A stretch of DNA of 64,000 nucleotides. Source: Octopus vulgaris. Its lineage: Eukaryota. The notes under the pieces were generated by a model. The model was not told where the DNA came from. It saw nothing but the letters and a program-made list of their open reading frames with translations, and searched no databases. How positions within the stretch are numbered: position 1 is the first letter of the stretch; the number at the start of each line of letters is the position of its first letter. Below, piece by piece: positions 54,130 through 64,000 of this stretch. The stretch covers positions 12,090,001-12,154,000 of the forward strand of contig OX597818.1 in assembly GCA_951406725.2 (NCBI GenBank), read 5' to 3'. A program made the position numbers and the translations under genes.

Positions 54130-55278
54130 TCCCTCCCACCATCCATTGACAACCGATGTTGGTGCGTTTGTTTAAGTTTCCGTAGATTAGCGGTCCGGCA
54201 AACAGACCGATAGACTAAGCAGTAGGCTTACAAAGAATAAGGCGGTGCTCCAGCATGGGCGCAGTCAAATAACTGAAACATGTAAAAGAATATGTATATG
54301 TTTATGTGTGTGTATGTATATTTGTATATGTAAGTGTGTGCTTATGTCTATGTGTATGTATATATATTTGTGTATGTGTATACCCAAATACACATACATA
54401 TACAATACTTACACAAATATACATAAATACATATATGCATACATACACACATATACATACATACAAGCACATAAATGCATACATAGAATACATAAGCATA
54501 AGCGATTAAGTTGAAAAAAATTAAAGAAATAAAAATTTTATGATAATTTCCAAACTGATACTTTCATTATCTCTCTATCTTTATCGAAAGATAGCCTCTT
54601 CTTCCTGTTGGAGAAACAACACTCCAAGCATAATTGTTTGGGGTGGAAAATAAAGATAAGTACTGATATTGAGGTCAGCTGCAAATTTCTTTCAAAATCA
54701 TTGAGAAAGGCAACATTTTTTACCGAAAGTATGTCTTTACAAGTGCACTCCTAATTATTGGTGCACTATGTTAATATGTGTGTCTAAATCGTAACCTCAA
54801 AAATCTGGGATTGTCAAGCACAAAAATAAAGGGAAAAAAAAAAGAAGACTTTTATGTAGTATTCTGCAAAGATATCCTACGAATGAAACAGTGATATGAA
54901 GTTAAGCAATTCTTTTCTAACCACCAATATATAAGTTTGTATTGTTGTAACCCAATTTCTAATGATGACATTGTTTCTTATTTGGAAACTAGCATTCTCG
55001 CTATTGGAAGCATTCAAAGCGGAAAAAAAATAAACCACTCACATATGTACACAAAAACACACTTATCTATATGTATGTGTACAAAATATATATATATATA
55101 TATATAATTACTTTTTTCAGCTTATCGAACTTCAATATGGGTTAAATTTACAACTTAGTACGTCAAAAACTACTATTGTTCCTGAAAGTTATTTTTTTAA
55201 TACCTTCTACGGACTGCACGAAGCTTACTAACTTCCCACACCTGGATCCTTGGATCTTACATTTACATATCATTATGT

Positions 55279-55330
<52 letters not shown>

Positions 55331-56561
55331 ATAAATTTGCATATTTAGACATTGAAACACACGCATGTACATATAGATATTTATTGAAACTAAAATTTTC
55401 AGAATTATAATTTGTCGTAGATCCAGCAGTTCAATCATCTGATTGTAATGAGTAACTTTTGATAAAATATTGCATGTATAATGCTGGTTATGCTAGTTAC
55501 GGGTTGATAGAGAGTGGAAGAAAGACCACACATAAGGGAGTAGAGTTAAAGTAGGTGAAGAATATGTAAAGACAGAGTTAGCCTAAGCGTCATTTGAATT
55601 TAGAATGGTAAGCTTCGGAACTTTTTTATTATTTGGGAGTGGAGCATTAAATGAGGGATGATTACAAAGGTAGTTTACAATTTGTGTTGGGGTTTACATA
55701 AAAAGAGAGAGGAGGGAAAGATGAGATAAAAAGTATGCAGAGTATGCAAAATATGTGAACATACGGATGAGGTGGACCTACTTATACAAGTGATCCTCCA
55801 ACTAGGGCCCCACAGATCACTCTGAACACCAAGGGCACAAGATCTTACCCAATTAGTGCATGCTTAGCAGTTCCATTCATCTTCACCATCTCTTTCGCAG
55901 TCACTCACCTTTTGACAAATTCACTTGGGTAAGGGGGGGGAATTTTTTTCTCATTCCTTTCGAAGTAGAACTCGAAAAAGTCAGTAAAGGCCTGACCGGA
56001 GAGGATGGTGTCTCTCTTCAAATCTTTCTCCCTCGACCATCATGCGACCTCTTCCACTGTAGCCACATGACAGATTAACACCATCTGTCCCACTTAAGTA
56101 TGTTGGGGGAACGATATTAACAGTGAAAAGAACAAACAAACAAAAAAACTGCAAGGCATTTTGTCCGACGCTCTGACGATGCTTGTGAAGATGATGACGA
56201 CGATGATGACGGAACTAAGGTGATTTCGACAATAAGTGTTCCAGTTATTCGAGCAATGGCTTGTTCAGTAAATAAACATGTAATCTTAACGCCATTGTAG
56301 GAATGAATTTGAGTAACTGTTAACATAATTTACTTTAAGGTATGGATAAATTAAGTTTAGTTTAAACCTCTCCATTCTTATAAACAGCAAGTAGCTATTT
56401 AATTCGCTTTGTGATCATGAGTGCACCAAACCACACGTTGCGCATGCTTACATTTTCGCGGATGCTTGTATGAGCGAGTGTACACGCGCCATGCAACTTG
56501 CGCGAGGGCGTTTATACATCCATATCTGTTAACAGTTTTTTAAAATACTTTTCTCATTGTA

Positions 56562-57895
56562 TCCCTCACATACCACCCCACCACCCTACCTCTCCAACGC
56601 ACCATTCTCCGAGCCTTCAGGCGACTCCAGTCCGACCCCTCCATTTCGTAAATCTTCCCTAGCCGACCCCCCTCCTTCAAACGAGCCCACAACCTACGAG
56701 ACCTCTTAGTTCACAGCTTCTTACCTAACCCAACTTCCCAACTCGGCTCGTTCCCCTGCCTTCGCCCACGCAGCCGCACTTGCTCTTACCTCTCCAACAC
56801 CACCCTCCTCACCGGCACCCATCATCGACCCTATCACGTTACCGACTCCTTCACCTGCACTTCTACCAATATCATCTACTGCATATCCTGCTCTCTCTGC
56901 CATTCTCTATACATCGGGCAAACGGGACGCCGCTTGGCTGACCGGTTCGTGGAACACCTCCGAGACATCCGACTCGGCAATGACTCCCCGGTCTCGCGCC
57001 ATTTCCGCTCTATCGGTCACCCTTTGCAACATCTGTCCGTGTTCGGACTGTCCTTGCATCTGTACTCTCGCTTGCGCCGTGAACAGGGATTAATCTTCTC
57101 CCTTCGCTCCTTTGCGCCACATGGGCTCAACTCTCTTCGCCTCACACCTACATCCTCCCACCCACCTCTTCTCTCTTACGCCGACTCCTACTTCTTCCCT
57201 TCACTCCTATTCTCCTTCTTTCTTCTCTTCACTCCTACCTACCTTCTCTTTCCCCCTTCATCGTCACCCCTCCCTCGTATGCCTACCCCACTTCAACACA
57301 TTTCAACCCCACCTTCGCTATCCTTCCCCATCCCACGCCACCTCACCCATTACACTCACACCCACATACCCCACCTTTACCCCCACCCCACTATTGCTCT
57401 CCCCACTCCTGCCTCCCACACTTCCCAACACCTTCACACCACACACCACTACACCTTATACCACCATACCATACAACACATTACATCACAACACACGACC
57501 ACGCACACATCAGCACTGACCACTTCCCACACCCACATTTTCATACCTACACATACACACACGCACACGTCAAGATCATCAGCCTTCCTCCACACGCACA
57601 TACATACTCTCTTATACACACGAACGCGCACCTTCATTTTGGGATTACCACTTTCCCACTTCTCCCTAGCTCTCCTGTGTGACCTTCTGTCCGGCCTTCA
57701 CCATGAGAGATCGCTAGCCACTACACCTTCTTTATTTTGTTTCCTTGTTTCTTTTTGTGTTCCATTCTGTGGAAGAGCATAGGCTCGAAACGTTAAAGAC
57801 TTTTTCACTTCCCAAGCGTTAAACTTAATACATCTGTTTGTTGCCTACACCACCTGTCTTCGTCTTTTGATTTTTTTTTTGTGAATTTCCCCTAT
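56562..57895 (+). mobile_element. 5'-truncated Penelope-like element, Neptune-type GIY-YIG endonuclease + 3' terminal repeat
   Basis: A single frame with one stop at 56649: LTYHP...FKRAHNLRDLLVHS...FPCLRPRSRTC...FTCTSTNIIYCISCSLCHSLYIGQTGRRLADRFVEH...PVSRHF...H...REQGLIFSLRSFAPHGLN. It shows the IIY-YIG motif with CxxC/H/H ligands and ends at (TA)n. Confidence 0.93.
57762..57799 (+). ncRNA. Minimal hammerhead, CUGUGGA core variant
   Basis: CCAUU-CUGUGGA-A-GAGC(AUAG)GCUC-GAAA-CG-UU-AAAGA. Stem I is partly eroded. It lies in the 3' repeat of the Neptune-type PLE. Confidence 0.7.
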
Positions 57896-57999
57896 ATTAT
57901 ATATATATATATATAATTCATATAAATAAGGATAAGATCTTTAATTTAAATATCAATCTTATCAAGTGGCCAGCATGAGAATAAAAACCTTCAAAAGTA

Positions 58000-58035
<36 letters not shown>

Positions 58036-58807
58036 AAGCCTTTCTACTGGAAGCAAAAGGCCTCACATTTGTGGGGAGGGGACTAGTCAATTACATCGAC
58101 CCCAGTGGGATCATAGATGAAGTGCCCTCTCCGATACTTAATCTATCGTCCCCGAAAGGAATTTGAACTCAGAACGTAGCGACGGGCGAAATACCGCTAA
58201 GCTTTTCGTTCAGCATGCTAACGATTCTGTCAGCTTACCGCCTTAAGAGTAATGATAATAATGAAAGCGAAACTATGTCTGTCCCTCTGGGACCCCTGTA
58301 TTTCAGTCTACATTTGCTCTACATTGACATATTATACCCTTTTGGAATCAGAATGATCCCAGGATTGAAAATCTGCCCTTCATTTGGTTCTTGAACATCC
58401 AACATTGGGATCTGACTGAAAAGTATTTGGGTTACTATTTCTAGCAGGTAAAACTTGGCTGATTCACGCCATCTTAGTTTTCGTTTGTCAGATGACGTCA
58501 GAGATCAAGGAGGAGACATTCGTTAATCTTACGTCGAGGTAGGAAATTTAGGACAAATTGGCCAACAGTTTGAATTCAACTTGGGATTGGAATAATAGAA
58601 TGATTGCATTACAAAAATTAATTCTCTTAATTAATTCCCTCTTAACCTCTGATTAAACACCACAATATAGTCCTTATAGACGTATCATAGTCATGCTGTT
58701 TAGCTTTCTTTAGTTTTGAGCCGCAGGCCGCCAGGCCAATTAGCCCTCCAGAGGAGCTAGCTAAAGTGTCCCGCACGGTGTACGGCTTTTAAGCTAGTAT
58801 ATATACA

Positions 58808-58891
<84 letters not shown>

Positions 58892-58960
58892 CAATCAAAT
58901 TTAGATTCAGATGAATATGGTACTTAAGTTGAAGGCACCAACTAAATTCTATATTTTTAT

Positions 58961-59045
58961 GCAGTTGAAGATTGCTCTACATTTTAAATTGATGTAATGT
59001 TTGCATTGTTCAATTAAATGGAGTCACATGAAACGATCGTACTGC
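58961..59045 (+). ncRNA. Type I hammerhead with extended stem II
   Basis: GCAG-UUGAAGA-(~58-nt foldable stem II region: CUC..AUUU.AAUUGA..UCAAUU.AAAUG.GAG)-GAAA-CGAUCG-UA-CUGC, with a C3U change. It sits in a ~190-bp unit (58889-59080) flanked by (TA)n. Confidence 0.78.
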
Positions 59046-59437
59046 TTTACCTCTGGATAACCTTGTTGCTTATTTTAATTATATATATATATATATATAT
59101 AAATGACAGTGGGTCTTACAACTGGTCCTTTATCATGCAAGTACAATTCCCACGATGAATTATCAAACGGTTTTTCGTTTAACTTTCAACCAATTTCTTC
59201 TCTCACAGAGCTTGATTCAATCCAAAGCTTTAGTGAAATACACTTGCCTATGTTAGCAAGAAATAGGACGACTTCCAAAACCTCAAAACATGAATATTCG
59301 GCCTTTACGTGCGCGCGCGAAGACACACTCACACACATGTATGTATATACGTATTTACATGTATTATAATAAGTCAGGATTCGAGTGAATCAAGCACTTA
59401 AATGGTAAGGCATCAGTATGAACGTTTGTGTGTATAT

Positions 59438-59495
<58 letters not shown>

Positions 59496-59744
59496 TATAA
59501 GAATGTATGTATATCTATGTGTATATATATAAATGTATATATATGTATATGTATATGTATGTATGCGTGCGTGTGTGTATGTGTGTGTATACAATACAAA
59601 TAGCTCTGTATGTATGTAAATAGATTAATGATGACACTATCAGCTTTCTTACGTCACCCACTGCCAGCATATAAAGATGGGGTTGTTATCTCTAAGTGCA
59701 ACTACGTGTGGCTAGCATGAATAGTATATGGCTAATTTCTTTTG

Positions 59745-59807
<63 letters not shown>

Positions 59808-59867
59808 CTCTTCTATCTGTCTATCTATCGATCAGTCTACATGTGGGTACGTGCGTGTATGTGTGTG

Positions 59868-59967
<100 letters not shown>

Positions 59968-60147
59968 TATATACAGGTACACAAACATATGCATGTATGT
60001 ATGAATGTATATTATATAATCCATATATATATACATGCATATATATTTCGAGATCAGTGATTTTTTGTCACTGGAAAAAGGATATATATATTTGAATTGG
60101 GAAACATTTCACATAGCAGACCAGTGTTTGTCACACGTTGATGACGG

Positions 60148-60345
60148 GTCAATACTCAGAAACCCGGGTCCGTGTGTATCACGTAGGCTGGAGATGGGAA
60201 GGATGACTTCCCTTGGCAAATACTGATAGGGTAGAGAGAGTGTGTCAATAGCCAGCTGGAGACGATGTCTTCCTGGGACTACAAGCTACATTAGCATCAA
60301 CTCTTAAGGGTTAGACACATTTAAGTGGCAAATATACTTCACGAT
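60148..60345 (+). repeat. Unclassified ~200-bp dispersed repeat, copy 2
   Basis: Collinear with 251-449. Confidence 0.85.
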
Positions 60346-60633
60346 GTCGTGCAGCTACTGTTTATACCTCGCTCAGAGATTTATTATTGCTTATATATAT
60401 ATATACACATACATGCACAAACATCAGTGTCTGCGCACACACACAAGCACACACGTACATGTGCATACACGGTGCATCGTAATGATGGGAGACATTTTAT
60501 TTATAATTTATAAGATCATGGGTAATCGTCTGTCTTTAAGTGTAGTGTCATACAACACAACAGCCAATGACAATTCTCGGAGAACTATTACCTGATTACC
60601 TTATTCCCCGATTCGAAGAATCAGGCTCTAACT

Positions 60634-60976
60634 CAATGGTTCTCAACCGGGGTCCACATAAACCCTGAGAGTCCATATAAGACGTTTGGGGATTCACGCG
60701 ACAAAATAGTACACTGGAGATCTACAATAGTATTTTAAGGGCCCTTGAAAGAAAAAAAAACTTTGCTTAAGATGTATGTATTTGTATGTACTGCAAGAAA
60801 CAGCTAGGTTTCTTTCTCTAATAGTTTACATAGTTCAATCTACACAAGCGAATGAGTAAAAAAGACAATAGCAATTGTGGTAGAAGTTTCTATAAAACTA
60901 GTTTTTAAACATCGAATGGTTTTGGGGTCCACCAGAATAAAATAGTATTTATAGATAAATGATTGTTGAGAACCTG
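60634..60976. mobile_element. hAT MITE, same family as 31026-31325, opposite orientation
   Basis: CAATGGTTCTCAACCGGGGTCC...GTTGAGAACCTG with TSD CTCTAACT / CTCTAACC and shared internal TGCAAGAAACAGCTAGGTTTCT. Confidence 0.85.
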
Positions 60977-61331
60977 CTCTAACCTTCGCTAATCCCCACC
61001 ACACTATTTCTTGTAGAATTCCCTGTAGAAAAGAGTGTATGCTGAGAAATTCCACACAGATTTAGAACTCAAAGAATCTAGAGGAAGATAGCAGTTATCT
61101 CATCTGATGTGCCGCACTCGATTATTAGTGGCCACGGGAAGGAATTCCCGAGAATTTTCTCTTGTAAGTGGTAGCCATCTAAAGGATTTGATATTCAAAC
61201 CTTGAATGTTGTTTGAATATTCTTATGAATTCTTGTACCTTGATTATTTATTATATACTTTCTTTAATATATGTGCTTGTTCCAGTCATACATACTAGCG
61301 TTTAAAGTGAGCTTCATCATTATGAGACGCC

Positions 61332-61387
<56 letters not shown>

Positions 61388-61586
61388 CTTCATCACTGAA
61401 CGTCTGTTTTCCATGCTGGCACGGGTCGGATGGTTTGACCAGAGTTGGCAAGCAGGAGAGCTGCACCAGGTTCCAGTCTGACTTGGTTTGATTTCCACGG
61501 CTGGATGCCTTTCCTAACGTCAACCACTTTACAGAGTGTGCTAGGTGCTTTTACATGGACGTGACACCGGCACGGGAGTTTTTTTT

Positions 61587-61635
<49 letters not shown>

Positions 61636-62367
61636 TGTGTGTGTTTGTGTGTGTTTGTCCATCGCCACTGCTTGACAACCGATGTTGGTTTGTTTACATC
61701 CGCGTAACCAGCGGTTCGGCAAAAGAGAACGATAGAATAAGTATCAGGCTTACGAAAATACGTATTGGAATCGATTCAAAATTCCAGGTCTTGTGCCTAT
61801 AATAGAAAGGATTACTTATCTGGTATGAATTGGGGTCATTACTGAATGATAACGTAAATATAATGTTCATGGTAAATACAAAGCTGTATTCTTTACTTGT
61901 TTCAGTCTTTGGACTGTGGCCATGCTGGTGCACCGTCTTGAAGACTTTTAGTCGGATGAATCGACCCCAGTACTTATTTTTGTAAGCTTCTTCTATCGGT
62001 TTCCCTAGGTGCCGCACAATGGGATTGAACACAAGTCTACATAGCTGAGGAACAAGTTTCTTAAAACACAGTCACCCTATGCCTATAAAGCTTATGCATA
62101 AAGTGGAGTAAGGTAAAGAAAATAGTTAAGGGTTCAAATCCTTATTTTAATGCTAAATCTCTGTGAGGTTTTGTTCCACGGTACAGAGAGAAGGAATTGT
62201 GGGAGTGAAAGAGATTACGCAAATTTCAAGACAACCTGGGCTACAAAAGAATTTCAGAGAATGGAGGCCACAGGTAGGAGATTAATGATTTCTGCGCTCC
62301 TGGGGTTGGGAGTAGTTCTAAATAGCTTAATTAGTCTAGGCAACACATGAGTTAAAACAAGGTGTGT

Positions 62368-62436
<69 letters not shown>

Positions 62437-63219
62437 AGTGGGTGTTAGGCATTTCTGTTATTCTTTAATTGAATACATTTGTTGTGTGTTGGAATTGTTA
62501 CTGGGGATTAAAATGTATCTTACATTTAACATTTAAACTCCATTTCTTTAGGTTTGAAATAGCTTTCAAGTTTTAGCACAAGGCAAGCGAATTTGGAAGA
62601 GGAGGCTAGCCGATTACATCGACCCCAGTGCTCAACTGGTACTTACTTTATAGACCCCGCGGAATTTAAACTCAGATCGTAAAGACAGACGAGATGCCGC
62701 AAGGCATTCTGCCCGGCATGCTAACGATTCTGCCAGCTCGTTGCCTTGCTATAGGTCTAATATTCTTTTCTTTTCTACTCTAGGCACAGGGCCTGAAATT
62801 TTTCGGGGAGGGGGCCAGTCGATTAGATCGACCCCAGTACGCAGCTGGTACTTATCGACCCCGAAAGAATGAAAGACAAAGTCGACCTCGGTGGAATTTG
62901 ATCTCAGACCGTAAAGGCAGACGAGATGCAGCTAAGGCATTTTGCCCTGCGTGCCAGCTTGTTGCCTTGCTTTAGGTTTAATATTAAACGAAAAATTTCT
63001 GACAGATTTTGTTGTGCTAAATCTAATTCAAAAATTGAAAGTGTAAAATTTATGTTTGACACTGATTATTATACACCGAGTGTAACAGTTTCACTTTCCA
63101 CTAAAATAATTCCACTTCTTCCGCTTTCGCTTCAACCGCCTACGGATCTTTGTGGCTTTCGTCACTTTTACAATTTGTTCCAAATGTTTTCAAATTTGGT
63201 ATATGTATTAAGTTTTGTA

Positions 63220-64000
63220 TACTAATTGTGAAAATGAAATTCATTTTCCCTATAAACTCATAATTAAGATGTTATAAGCCATTAAAATTTGCAAAATTTT
63301 AGCCAATCAGAGGCGAGTATTTTAGACTTCCCTGTGGCGAAGAAGTTTGTTTCTATAGTAATTAAAGCAGAGAAGCACCACGTGTTCCATAACTGATTGG
63401 GAAGAACTCTGTTTCCATAGTAACCAAAGATGCTACGCATGCGCACAAGGAGTGTAGCCGCCACTTGTTCTATAATTGTTTGTTTTCTTCACAGATAGAA
63501 CTCACATTCAACAAATTGAAAGTACCTGGGCATGGTTGACTCTTATATTTGTGAATTTATGTGGAGAAGATGCGAGAAAGATAATTTATTTTATAAAATC
63601 CTAGTGTGTACTGCAAACTTTCGTTCTTCAATTTTTTAAAACTAATAAATGTCTGTTTTAAACAATGTTTTGACTGTTATTTCTAGCAACTCCTGTTGGC
63701 TTGTTCGTAGCTTTTAAATATTTAATATTCTCGCGAATATTTTAATATTCGCGAGCAAATTTATATGTATATTTTAATCTTTTGACTGTTATTTCTAGCA
63801 ACTCCTGTTGGTTTGTTTGTTCGTAGCTTTTAAATATTTAATTTGCTCGCGTAGCTAGTTTAATGTTTTGACAAATCAATGCCCCTCGTCCCGCCCTGAT
63901 GATGGAAGAGGCAGCGAACGCGCTATTTTCTGATTGGCTGAAAATTCTGAAAATTATTAAACTTTGAAAACTTGTAACATTTTTGCAAATTTTTTCTGGA
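63220..64000 (+). mobile_element. Merlin/IS1595-like deletion derivative, probably extending past the window
   Basis: GMVDSYICEFMWRR...DNLFYKIL (~63530-63605) resembles the SYL.EF.WR C-terminal motif of Merlin transposases. Inverted subterminal motif AAATTTTAGCCAATCAGA (63293) / TCTGATTGGCTGAAAATT (63929). Confidence 0.6.

Noticed and set aside
57140-57782. Pro/His/Thr-rich tail of the 282-aa ORF as a real protein
   Set aside because: It is the low-complexity C/A-rich 3' region of the PLE, open by composition.

Overview
AT-rich, microsatellite-saturated animal DNA. The SINE families and (TA)n/(CA)n density suggest an octopus or other cephalopod (inference, not database-checked). Almost all supplied ORFs are translated microsatellites or SINEs. 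Only one convincing host coding exon was found (39527-40071, minus strand), so most of the window is probably intron or intergenic. It holds a dense transposon record: three tRNA-derived SINE families, two mariner copies (one near-intact DD34D), a DD37D maT element, two hAT MITEs, a Merlin-like remnant, LINE fragments, and remnants of at least three Penelope-like (PLE) lineages. The main signal is about 9 readable (plus several eroded) minimal type I hammerhead ribozyme motifs with palindromic stem III. They belong to several PLE terminal-repeat families, many embedded in (TA)n. They include a recurrent CUGUNGA core variant and one TSD-bounded cassette joining a GIY-YIG end, a tRNA-like Pol III promoter and a hammerhead. 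There are also three long inverted repeats and a young, structured 297-bp unit present twice. All coordinates, pairings and mismatch counts were read by eye and may be off by a few bases.
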